From Gammaproteobacteria bacterium (GTDB lineage: Bacteria > Pseudomonadota > Gammaproteobacteria > SZUA-229): DNA of 64,000 nucleotides. The notes beneath the pieces were generated by a model. It had not been told where the DNA came from. It made no database searches and saw only the letters and a program-made list of their open reading frames with translations. Position 1 is the stretch's first letter, and each line of letters opens with the position of its first letter. The translations under genes and the position numbers were made by a program. The stretch covers positions 159 through 64,158 of the forward strand of contig JAOUKT010000001.1 in the NCBI GenBank assembly GCA_029882395.1, in the 5' to 3' direction. Positions 49,867-58,987 of this stretch are shown here, piece by piece.

Positions 49867-50514
49867 ATGAAGCTCTTAATTGATTTTTTCCCCATTATTC
49901 TCTTTTTCATCACTTACCATCAGGCAGGTGCCATCACAGAAAACACGGCGATTGGCAATTTATTTGATCCTTCACAGCCAGAAATTCTCGTCGCGACGAT
50001 ACTGGCAACCGCTGTTGCCATCATCGCCAGCTTTATTCAGGTGGCTGGATACTGGTTAAAAAATCGCTCAGTAGAAAAAATGCATATCTTTTCCCTGCTG
50101 CTGATTACTGTCTTAGGTGGCATCACCATCGCATTTGGTGACCCGGCCTTTATTCAATGGAAACCAACCGTACTTAACTGGGTATTTGCCGCCGCATTCC
50201 TGATCAGTCAGTATGTTGGGAAGAGCAGTCTGGTACACCGCATGATGAGTTCACAGATCAGTCTGCCAGATGCGATCTGGATCAGGCTCAATTTATCCTG
50301 GGTTGTCTTCTTTATCGTCAGTGGCCTGGCAAATATCTATGTGGCTTTTTACTACGCTGTCGAACTGGATGAAAAAACACGCATGGACACATGGGTCAAT
50401 TTCAAATTATTTGGACTGTTAGGTTTAACCTTAGTCTTTGTCGTCGCACAGGCCCTCTACCTGGCCAGATATATGACGCCTGAAGACAGCAAACAAGACG
50501 GGGATAATACCTGA
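49867..50514 (+). CDS. yciB: Intracellular septation protein A (YciB/IspZ)
   Basis: [17 protein letters not shown]… with five TM helices; a yciB-yciI pair lies convergent to yciO. Confidence 0.8.
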   Translation: MKLLIDFFPIILFFITYHQAGAITENTAIGNLFDPSQPEILVATILATAVAIIASFIQVAGYWLKNRSVEKMHIFSLLLITVLGGITIAFGDPAFIQWKPTVLNWVFAAAFLISQYVGKSSLVHRMMSSQISLPDAIWIRLNLSWVVFFIVSGLANIYVAFYYAVELDEKTRMDTWVNFKLFGLLGLTLVFVVAQALYLARYMTPEDSKQDGDNT

Positions 50515-50816
50515 TGTTGTACGCTATTCTCGCTACCGATGTCGAAAACAGCCTCAGTAACAGGCTCGCAGCACGCCCTGCTCATCTCCAGCGCCTGCAA
50601 CAATTACAAAATCAGGGCCGCCTGATCATCGCTGGCCCGCACCCGGCCATCGACAGTGATGATCCGGGCGAAGCCGGTTTCAGCGGTAGCCTGATCGTTG
50701 CAGAATTTGAATCACAGCAAGACGCTCAAACATGGGCAGATGCTGACCCCTATAATACCGCAGGTGTTTATGCACAGGTGATTGTAAAAGCCTTTAAAAA
50801 AGTCTTTCCGCAATAA
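50514..50816 (+). CDS. yciI: YciI-family protein
   Basis: 100 aa; [31 protein letters not shown]… resembles YciI, and the position is the conserved one after yciB. Confidence 0.75.
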   Translation: MLYAILATDVENSLSNRLAARPAHLQRLQQLQNQGRLIIAGPHPAIDSDDPGEAGFSGSLIVAEFESQQDAQTWADADPYNTAGVYAQVIVKAFKKVFPQ

Positions 50817-50931
50817 ACCTTGCATGCTCTGCAAGACATAAATATTCGGCTTTATCGCTTGCTGAAACAAGAACGAATCCTGTAGAATACGCCGCTTGGT
50901 CAGGCAAGCTGACTGAGAAAAAATATTATAA

Positions 50932-51018
50932 GCCGGTGTGGTGAAATTGGTATACACGAGGGATTCAAAATCCCTTGCCAGCAATGGCGTGGCGGTTCAA
51001 GTCCGCCCACCGGTACCA
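50932..51018 (+). tRNA. tRNA-Leu (anticodon CAA)
   Basis: 87 nt, GCCGGTGTGGTGAAATTGGTATACACGAGGGATTCAAAATCCCTTGCCAGCAATGGCGTGGCGGTTCAAGTCCGCCCACCGGTACCA. It has a 7-bp acceptor stem, a long variable arm, and anticodon loop U-CAA-AA. Confidence 0.9.
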
Positions 51019-51412
51019 CTTCTTTACGTTTCATTTATAACATTACTACAAACCGCCTCTTTGACATCCCGCATATGAAAATCTGCATGCGTTTAGCCTT
51101 TGCATCTAACCCTGCTTGCTTCGATACCCGCAATAAAACATCCATAAATATTAAAACGTCAAGCTAATTTACAGCTAGATCTCTTGTCATGCCGCCTTCT
51201 CATGTCAGTATGCCGCATTGTTAGCGCGTAGGCAGAAAATCAAAGACGCTTTGCCGATATAAGCCTTTTTAACTGTCATATTACTTTACAACTGGATATC
51301 ACCATATGCACACATATTAGGCTTAGTTATTGATTTTAATACATAAAAAAATATTGGCCCCTTAATTGCTTATATAAAACTGAATCGAATTGAATTTATA
51401 AGGAGTTATGTC

Positions 51413-51928
51413 ATGAAAAGAATTATTACAACATTTACGGGAGTGGCATTACTGCTGTTTTCACTATCAGCTTCTGCTGTTTTCATGGGCGGCTGGACAG
51501 CTGATTCAGGCATAGGCGATGGTTATGTCGACGAGAGCTATTTCCCGAACTCTGTCATTATTATCGGCAATGATAACGGCGAAGAAGGCGTCTTCACAAC
51601 CTACTTCACCACAATTGATCAGGATATGATATTTAACTTTGACTGGATCTTTGGCACGTCTGATGTAGACGGCCCTGCTCTTGACCCCTTCGGCTATTTC
51701 ATCAATGACACGTTTACTCAACTGACTGATGATAATGGGGTCTTTTTGCAGGCAGGATCCGAACAGATCAGCCTGTTGAATGCCGACCTGTTTGGTTTTT
51801 ATATCGATTCAACTGATGGATGCTGTGGCGGAGCGGCTGCGGTTATCGATGTACCAGAGCCTTCTACACTGGCATTGATGGGACTGGGACTGCTTGGACT
51901 AGCCTTAGCAAGACGCCGAGTTAAGTAA
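51413..51928 (+). CDS. PEP-CTERM sorting-domain secreted protein
   Basis: Signal peptide; C-terminal VPEPSTLALMGLGLLGLALARRRVK (PEP motif, TM, basic tail). Preceded by the RBS AAGGAG. Confidence 0.75.
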   Translation: MKRIITTFTGVALLLFSLSASAVFMGGWTADSGIGDGYVDESYFPNSVIIIGNDNGEEGVFTTYFTTIDQDMIFNFDWIFGTSDVDGPALDPFGYFINDTFTQLTDDNGVFLQAGSEQISLLNADLFGFYIDSTDGCCGGAAAVIDVPEPSTLALMGLGLLGLALARRRVK

Positions 51929-51958
51929 TACAAATAGTGCTTTAAAACTAATAAAAAA

Positions 51959-51978
51959 GGGCCGCAAGGCTCTTTTTT
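51959..51978 (+). terminator. Rho-independent terminator after the PEP-CTERM gene
   Basis: GGGCC-gcaa-GGCTC stem (one G·U pair) followed by TTTTTT, 30 bp after the stop. Confidence 0.5.
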
Positions 51979-52222
51979 ATTGCCTAGTTAACAGCCAGAC
52001 AATCTGGCGACAGGACTAAACAAAAAACTCCTCTTGTTATAGATTAAACCTGTAAAATTGATCACGACACACTGTTAATGCGTCTTTATCTTTTACACCT
52101 GAGACACTGACAGCATGATAGTGCTATCAACAGCTGTTAGGCTTCATCGCTATCATTGAGTCTCATAATAGCGCTATTGCTGGCGTCAATCAGGTATATC
52201 AAAACAACTGGCCGCACATTTT

Positions 52223-53602
52223 TTATAACCGCTGAACTCTAATCTTCCTTCCTTTGAGTTTGCCTTGCTCCAGCATATTCAATGCTTTTTTTACAATATC
52301 TCTGCTGACGGCAACATACGCCCAGTTTGGCGCAAGCTGAATTTTACCCACCTGGCTACCGGCGATACCATTCTCGCGTGTCAGCGCACCCAGAATATCC
52401 CCCGGCCTTATTTTTTGCTTTTTACCGGCATCAATTCGCAAGGTAGTCATCAGCGGTACAGAAATCGGTTTGTCGAGTACATCAAATGAGGGCAATGATT
52501 CTACTTCAATGCTATGGCCTAAATAAGCCTCCAGCGCATCAAGTTTATAATGTTCTTTTTCATCGTATAAGGTGCAAGCCATGCCTTGATTACCAGCGCG
52601 ACCGGTACGACCGATGCGATGAACATGCACTTCGTTATCGTGTGCAAACTGGTAATTGATCACCATATCCAGCGCTTCAACATCCAGGCCACGTGCGGCA
52701 ACATCAGTGGCGACGAGCACAGAAATGCTTTTGTTCATAAAACGTGTCAAGGTTTGGTCACGATCCTTTTGTTCCAGATCGCCATTCAATGCCAGCGCGC
52801 TAAAACCGTAGCGGCGTAATTCATCCGCTATTTCCTGGGTCTCCCGTTTCGTTGTACAAAATATTACTGCTGACTCTGGATTATGCTGCATCAATAACAG
52901 GCGTACCGCGGTCAGTCGATCTATATCACCGATTTCATAAACATGTTGCTGGATGCTAGTGCTATCATGCGTTGAAGCCACCTGTACCATAACAGGCTGT
53001 TTCATAATGCGTTTAGCAATCGACTGAATTTGATCGGGAAATGTTGCACTGAACAATAACGTCTGTCGTTCACTGGGGGTGCACTCTATGATGGCATCTA
53101 AAGCGTCCTGAAAGCCCATCTCCAGCATTCGATCGGCTTCATCCAGCACCAGCAAGTTCACATGATCCAGCTTGAGCTTGCCTTTACGTAAATGATCTTC
53201 AATTCGCCCCGGTGTACCGACAACAATATGAGCTCCGTGCTCAAGTGAGCCGATTTGTGGCCCCAATGGCATGCCACCACAAAGCGTCAGTACCTTAATA
53301 TTGTGAATGCCGCGGCCAAGTTTGCGAATTTCTTTAGCCACCTGATCAGCCAGCTCACGCGTTGGGCAGAGTATCAGTGACTGGATACGAAAACGCTCTA
53401 CATCAAGTTTTTCTAACAGACCCAGACCAAATGCGGCTGTTTTACCTGAACCTGTTTGCCCCTGAGCAATGACGTCATTGCCATCCAGAATGTGTGGCAA
53501 ACTTTGCGACTGTATCTCTGTCATGCTGGTATATCCCAGCGTTTCCAGATTATTAAGTAAATCAGACTGTAATTGAAGCGATGAAAAGCTGAGTTGGCTC
53601 AC
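52223..53602 (-). CDS. dbpA: ATP-dependent RNA helicase DbpA (DEAD-box, 23S rRNA-specific)
   Basis: Q-motif/Walker A AQGQTGSGKTAAF, DEAD (VLDEADRM), SAT, HRIGRTGRAG, and the C-terminal DbpA RNA-binding domain (…IRPGDILGALT…GKIQL…). GTG start at 53602 (VSQLSFSSLQL…) chosen by alignment with the DbpA N-terminus and an upstream AGGA. Confidence 0.85.
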   Translation of the reverse strand: MSQLSFSSLQLQSDLLNNLETLGYTSMTEIQSQSLPHILDGNDVIAQGQTGSGKTAAFGLGLLEKLDVERFRIQSLILCPTRELADQVAKEIRKLGRGIHNIKVLTLCGGMPLGPQIGSLEHGAHIVVGTPGRIEDHLRKGKLKLDHVNLLVLDEADRMLEMGFQDALDAIIECTPSERQTLLFSATFPDQIQSIAKRIMKQPVMVQVASTHDSTSIQQHVYEIGDIDRLTAVRLLLMQHNPESAVIFCTTKRETQEIADELRRYGFSALALNGDLEQKDRDQTLTRFMNKSISVLVATDVAARGLDVEALDMVINYQFAHDNEVHVHRIGRTGRAGNQGMACTLYDEKEHYKLDALEAYLGHSIEVESLPSFDVLDKPISVPLMTTLRIDAGKKQKIRPGDILGALTRENGIAGSQVGKIQLAPNWAYVAVSRDIVKKALNMLEQGKLKGRKIRVQRL

Positions 53603-53795
53603 TGTTGTCGTCCTGTGTGGTAATCGCCGAAGCAAGCTCGAACAAGAAGATGAGCCCGATAATATCAGATAAGAAATGCTGTTTTCAGCACAATAAAAAA
53701 AGGGTAAGACACAAGCCTTACCCTTTCGAACCAATCACTCTAAGAGAGAATGGCTGGCTGGCATCATTATAATGCCCGCCAATAGCGTTTTAAAA

Positions 53796-54002
53796 TTAAA
53801 GCGCTACGATGTTTTCTGCTTGAGGACCTTTAGCGCCCTGAGTAACAGTAAACTCAACTTTTTGGCCTTCAGCAAGAGTTTTGAAACCCCCACCAGAAAT
53901 AGCACTGAAGTGAGCGAAGACATCAGGACCAGATTCTTGTTCGATAAAACCAAAACCTTTAGCTTCGTTGAACCATTTTACTGTACCAGTAGTAGTAGAC
54001 AT
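53796..54002 (-). CDS. Cold-shock protein, CspA family
   Basis: 68 aa; [15 protein letters not shown] (RNP1) and VFAHF (RNP2). Confidence 0.9.
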   Translation of the reverse strand: MSTTTGTVKWFNEAKGFGFIEQESGPDVFAHFSAISGGGFKTLAEGQKVEFTVTQGAKGPQAENIVAL

Positions 54003-54234
54003 ATTTTTTACCTATTAAATCAAGAGTAATAATAGCCTCATAAAAATAAGGCTATTTGTTTTGCTGAATGTTGTTTTACTTATGAAGAACAGGACGAGGT
54101 ACTAGGATGGAACATCGAAATGGTGTGCATAAATATAAGTCGAACTTTCAAGCTGCGTGCAGTATATAACATTAACCCATGAAATCATAGCTTTTCTAAA
54201 CGAGATACGATTATCGCGATGCATGCACCAGCTA

Positions 54235-55296
54235 TTATTTTGAATCATCAAACCGGGTTTTAATCTCCAGTATGCTATCGAGCCTGCTGATAAACACCTC
54301 GACAAGACGGGGGTCAAATTGCAAACCGGCCTTTTTCTTAATGTAGTCGACGGCTTCATCTACCGCCCATGCTTTTTTATAAGGACGAATAGTTGTTAAA
54401 GCGTCAAAAACATCACTCAAGGCGGTAATACGGCCTTCAACTGGAATAGACTCTCCCTGCAGTCCTTTTGGGTAGCCTTTGCCATCCCAGTGTTCATGGT
54501 GACTCAGGGCGATACTGCCGGCCATCTGTACCAGCAAAGACTCATGATCTGATAATAAATCAGCCCCCATTTGAGCATGCCCGTTCATTATTTCACGCTC
54601 TTCTTCGGTCAATTTACCTTTTTTTAATAAGATCTTATCCGCTATTCCAATCTTTCCCAGATCATGCAACGGTGCCGCTTTTTCAATCATATAACCAATA
54701 TCATCCGGCAAACCGATCGCATCGGACAATACCCGTGCGTACTTACCAACCCTGAGAACATGCCTGCCGGTTTCAGAATCACGCATTTCACCAACCTGTG
54801 CCAGCCGCTTAATCAAGATAGCGTTTGCTTTTTCCAGCTCCTGCGTCCTTTTTTCAACACGATCTTCCAGCTCGGCATTCATTCGTGATTGTGACAAGTA
54901 AGCGGCTCTAACACGTAATAAATTTCGTACACGCAATAAAACTTCAGTATTATCAAAAGGTTTGGTTAGAAAATCTGATGCGCCGACTTCCAGCGCTTTA
55001 TTTCGTATTTCAGGCTGCTGATTACCTGTCAAAACCAGCACTGGAATAAACTGATTATGCAAAGCAGAGCGGTGCATTTGCTGAAGCACCTCAATACCCG
55101 TTAAACCAGGCATTTCTATGTCCAACAATAACAGGTCAAACTGTGTTTCCAGCATAAGAGGCAATACTTTGACAGGGTCAGTAACGGCTGCAACACGCAC
55201 ATAACCACTATCCTTTAGTAACTTTTCAAGTAGTAAAACATTAGAAATTGAATCGTCACAGATCAGTATATTTAAGTTTTTAATGCTAATTTTCAT
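54235..55296 (-). CDS. Response regulator with HD-GYP c-di-GMP phosphodiesterase domain (RpfG-like)
   Basis: Receiver domain (ILICDDS…LLLDIEMPGLTG) plus HD-GYP (HDLGKIGI…HHEHWDGKGYP). Confidence 0.85.
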   Translation of the reverse strand: MKISIKNLNILICDDSISNVLLLEKLLKDSGYVRVAAVTDPVKVLPLMLETQFDLLLLDIEMPGLTGIEVLQQMHRSALHNQFIPVLVLTGNQQPEIRNKALEVGASDFLTKPFDNTEVLLRVRNLLRVRAAYLSQSRMNAELEDRVEKRTQELEKANAILIKRLAQVGEMRDSETGRHVLRVGKYARVLSDAIGLPDDIGYMIEKAAPLHDLGKIGIADKILLKKGKLTEEEREIMNGHAQMGADLLSDHESLLVQMAGSIALSHHEHWDGKGYPKGLQGESIPVEGRITALSDVFDALTTIRPYKKAWAVDEAVDYIKKKAGLQFDPRLVEVFISRLDSILEIKTRFDDSK

Positions 55297-55426
55297 AAAA
55301 CCGGCTTTTATTTGTGCTTAATTTAACAACATCCTGTTCTGATATATTTCGTGCTGTCAGCGCCCTGCTGATAATTGACACATAAGATTGCCGATAGCTA
55401 GTATACAACTTAATGCTAATAGGTCA

Positions 55427-56575
55427 TTAATCGCGTGGCTTGATGCGGTAGATTTCACCGTTATCTGTTGAAAAATACAACCAGCCTTCAGGGCTTTGGG
55501 CTAAGGCGCGAATTCGCTTATTAAGCTTCTCCAGCAATCGCTCTTCTTTAACCACTTGTGCCTCTTTGTTTAAAACTATCCTGTTTATATGCCGCAACTT
55601 TAACGCACCCGAGAACAGATTACCTTTCCACTTTGCCAGTGCATCATGGCTGTATAACATCAGGCTGCCGGGTGCAATTGAGGGTATATAAACCTGCACT
55701 GGCTGCTGCATACCTTTACGATGTGTGCCTTCACCAACCGCAACGGGGCCCCAATATTCTTTACCATATGAAATCACCGGCCAGCCATAATTCTGCCCGG
55801 GCATAATAAGGTTGATTTCATCACCTCCTCTGGGGCCATGTTCAATTGACCAGAGACGGTGATATTGTTCATCATAAACTAGGCCCTGAGGGTTTCTGTG
55901 CCCGTAACTCCAGATTTCAGGCAGTATCGCTTTTTCTGTAAAAAAGGGATTGTCCTCAGGTACAGAACCATCAAGATTCAGCCTTAGAATGGAGCCGGCA
56001 TGATTTGCAAGGTTCTGGGCATTTGCTCGTTCACCCCGATCACCAATGCTAAAAAACACATGGCCCTGACGATCAAAAGCTATGCGACTGCCAAAATGAC
56101 GCGATGTATCAGTAGCCGAGTTTGATACCATCAGCTCCTGCCACTGACTAAAACGGTCTTCGGTCAATCTGGCACGAGCGAGTACCGTGACCCCCAAGCT
56201 GTTGACTGGCTTTACATAAGTAAAATAGACCCAGCCACTTTTTTCGAAATCGGGCGACAGAGCGAGATCCAGCATGCCGCCCTGGCCGCCAGTTAAAACA
56301 TCGGCTACATTTTTTAGCTTTTGTCGCTGCCGCGTTTTCAAATTAAGAAGATAAACAAAACCTTCTCGCTCGGTTATTAATAATTTATCTGCCGATAAGA
56401 AAGCCATCGCCCATGGCACGCCAAACCCATTTGCCATCTGTTCTACATCAAGCGTCATTGTTTCACTGTGTATCACAAGATTATTATTTTCGGACATCAG
56501 CAGGCCCGGAGAAGATAAAAAACTTACCGCTAGCAGCAAGATACATGTTCTGAGTGTTGATTTGATAAGTTTCAT
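55427..56575 (-). CDS. PQQ-dependent soluble sugar dehydrogenase (YliI / sorbosone dehydrogenase family)
   Basis: 382 aa, signal peptide, beta-propeller with characteristic blocks (…GPRGGDEINLI…GQNYGWP…). Confidence 0.8.
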   Translation of the reverse strand: MKLIKSTLRTCILLLAVSFLSSPGLLMSENNNLVIHSETMTLDVEQMANGFGVPWAMAFLSADKLLITEREGFVYLLNLKTRQRQKLKNVADVLTGGQGGMLDLALSPDFEKSGWVYFTYVKPVNSLGVTVLARARLTEDRFSQWQELMVSNSATDTSRHFGSRIAFDRQGHVFFSIGDRGERANAQNLANHAGSILRLNLDGSVPEDNPFFTEKAILPEIWSYGHRNPQGLVYDEQYHRLWSIEHGPRGGDEINLIMPGQNYGWPVISYGKEYWGPVAVGEGTHRKGMQQPVQVYIPSIAPGSLMLYSHDALAKWKGNLFSGALKLRHINRIVLNKEAQVVKEERLLEKLNKRIRALAQSPEGWLYFSTDNGEIYRIKPRD

Positions 56576-56712
56576 TCGCTACAGGCTCTTAGATAATACA
56601 GCGCTTATCATAAACACGGACATGACGTTATGTATGCTGCATTTTAAATAACGTCTGTCTGTATCTAATTGATCATTGCCCGTACTGGACAATAATAAGC
56701 GGCTGAAAAGAC

Positions 56713-57960
56713 TTACTGTTTAATGGCATTGATAATAACATTAACATTAACGGATGAACCCAGTTCAACCATTTTACTAATGCCCTGCAAATCACCGGGC
56801 TGACCAATAGCAGAACCGGTTTTAGAAATCCTTGCGCCAACATCCACTTTCTTGAACGATGATAATTTCATCTGTGGCATCATTGCCATACTGTCGTCCA
56901 GTTTCACCGTCACCGGTAAGTCTGCAACCCGTTTACGTACTGCTGCAAGCGGCATAGGAGGCCCTTGATGGGCTTTTGCATAAATGAAAACGACGTCATC
57001 AGCGCTGGCTCGAGCTTTTAAAGACTCTGATAAATTTATAGTCACATTCAGTGAAACGGGACTGGCAACAAGCTGTTTAGGCGGCTGCTTTGAGACCGGC
57101 GGATTGACAGCAACCGGCTGACCGAGTTTGGTTTTTGCCTGGGCAATCAAAGCGTGAACTTTATTTTGTGACTCCTGGTTAGCATTTAGCAACGGCAGTA
57201 GTTTTTGCCAGTGTTTTATCGCCGTTGAAAAATCCCCGTTTTCACTGTAGCCGAGTCCGGCCAGCCACAAACCGGTGGCATTGTCTGGTGACTGTTGCAG
57301 CGCTGTTTTAATTAAAGCAAAGGGCTGACCACTAATTCTGCCACCGTTCGACATAGACAGCGCATCGGCATAGGCTAACAATACATCGGTCTGATTACCG
57401 ACTAATTGATAAAGTTGTGCATAAGTATCGGCTGCAGCTTGAAACTGGCGCATCGACATGTAACTGCGTGCCAGCATCTGCCAGCCTTTAATATTGGTGG
57501 GGTCCTGCTCAAGTTTTAGAGCCAGATTTTTTAATGCCGCTTGCATTGAAACCATGCTGCTGTTGCCGTGATTTGCAGTCACCGGTTTCGCTGCAGACTC
57601 ATCGAATGCTGTCACATTACCAAGCTTGAGATAAAGCGGCACGGCTACCAGCGGTATTACAAATAAAGCCGCTATCAGTTGCCATTTAGACGATTGATCA
57701 GCAGCTACAGGTTCTTCAGATTCGCTAACATCCGTTACCAATGCCTTTTGCAGCTCCGTTTTCTGTGATTGATACAGATCGTTATCAATAACTCCCTTTT
57801 CAAATTCAGCATCCAGTTCCTGTAGCCGGTCTTTTGCAATTGATACATTCTGCAGATTTCGATCCGCATTCCGCAGACGACTTTTACCCAGTAATGCCGG
57901 CAAGACAAAGCCAGCCGCAGTCAGTAACATTAAAACAACCAGAAGCCAGAATAGTAACAT
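56713..57960 (-). CDS. ccmI: Cytochrome c-type biogenesis protein CcmI (CycH), TPR-containing
   Basis: N-terminal TM hairpin, TPR repeats, last gene of the ccm cluster. Confidence 0.8.
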   Translation of the reverse strand: MLLFWLLVVLMLLTAAGFVLPALLGKSRLRNADRNLQNVSIAKDRLQELDAEFEKGVIDNDLYQSQKTELQKALVTDVSESEEPVAADQSSKWQLIAALFVIPLVAVPLYLKLGNVTAFDESAAKPVTANHGNSSMVSMQAALKNLALKLEQDPTNIKGWQMLARSYMSMRQFQAAADTYAQLYQLVGNQTDVLLAYADALSMSNGGRISGQPFALIKTALQQSPDNATGLWLAGLGYSENGDFSTAIKHWQKLLPLLNANQESQNKVHALIAQAKTKLGQPVAVNPPVSKQPPKQLVASPVSLNVTINLSESLKARASADDVVFIYAKAHQGPPMPLAAVRKRVADLPVTVKLDDSMAMMPQMKLSSFKKVDVGARISKTGSAIGQPGDLQGISKMVELGSSVNVNVIINAIKQ

Positions 57961-58457
57961 TATTGTTTATTTCCTTTTATTGCGTCAGGTGTTTGCAGCG
58001 ACTCAAGTAAGTCATCGGCTTTTTTAACTTCCTCATTACTGAGTTCAGTCAGATCGGTGTTTTTATTTCTTCTGATAAATATCACAACGAACAAAACCGC
58101 CAGAAACAAAATAATAAAGGGCCCTACCCATAACAGAAAGGTGACAGGCTTAAAGGGCGGCCTATAAAGCACAAAATCACCGTAGCGTGCCACCATGAAA
58201 TCAACAATGTCCGAATCTGTATCACCTTTTTGAATCATAGAAAATACTTCTTTTCTCAGATCCTGCGCCAGTTCTGAGTTGGAATCGGCCAGGTTTTGAT
58301 TTTGACAAACCAGGCAGCGCAATTCATTAATCAGTTTATTATACTGTTGCTCTTGTGTCTGCGATGAAAACTCATTCACTTCCACACCAGCCATCAGCAT
58401 CTGAGACTGGCTTAAAACCAGAACAACGAAACCTATTACTGTCACAGCCTTCATCAT
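57960..58457 (-). CDS. ccmH: Cytochrome c-type biogenesis protein CcmH (CycL)
   Basis: LRCLVCQNQNL (LRCxxC motif), signal peptide, C-terminal TM. Confidence 0.85.
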   Translation of the reverse strand: MMKAVTVIGFVVLVLSQSQMLMAGVEVNEFSSQTQEQQYNKLINELRCLVCQNQNLADSNSELAQDLRKEVFSMIQKGDTDSDIVDFMVARYGDFVLYRPPFKPVTFLLWVGPFIILFLAVLFVVIFIRRNKNTDLTELSNEEVKKADDLLESLQTPDAIKGNKQ

Positions 58458-58987
58458 GGCGCTTCCTTCATAAGCCGCTGTATCATCGGCATAATTTTCT
58501 CTTCAACATCCAGCCAGCCAACCGGGCCGGTATGTTTATATCGAATTTTACCTTGCTTATCGATAATAAACGTTTCCGGCACGCCATATACACCCCAGTC
58601 AATACCAACCCGACCTGCCAGATCAAAAGCATTTGAAATATAGGGATTACCTCTTTGGCGGAGCCAGCTAATGCCATCGTTTCGCTGATCTTTATAATTT
58701 AAGCCTACAATATTTAGCTGATATTTTTGTGCCAGCTGATTTAAAACCGGATGCTCTGCCCGGCAAGACACACACCAGGAAGCCCAGACATTTAATAACC
58801 AGACCTGGCCTTTGTACAGATCAGGGGATATTTGTTTTTCCGGTGAATGAAGATCAGGCAGCGTAAATGCTGGCGCGTTCTTGCCTATCAGTGGTGATGG
58901 CACATCTTTTGGATCAAGACTAAGCCCCATGCTTAAGAACACTACCAATACCATAAATAAACCCAGCGGGGCCAGATAACGCCACAT
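58454..58987 (-). CDS. ccmG: Thiol:disulfide interchange protein CcmG/DsbE
   Basis: WASWCVSCRAEHP (WCxxC) and the GVYGVPETF motif. Confidence 0.9.
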   Translation of the reverse strand: MWRYLAPLGLFMVLVVFLSMGLSLDPKDVPSPLIGKNAPAFTLPDLHSPEKQISPDLYKGQVWLLNVWASWCVSCRAEHPVLNQLAQKYQLNIVGLNYKDQRNDGISWLRQRGNPYISNAFDLAGRVGIDWGVYGVPETFIIDKQGKIRYKHTGPVGWLDVEEKIMPMIQRLMKEAP

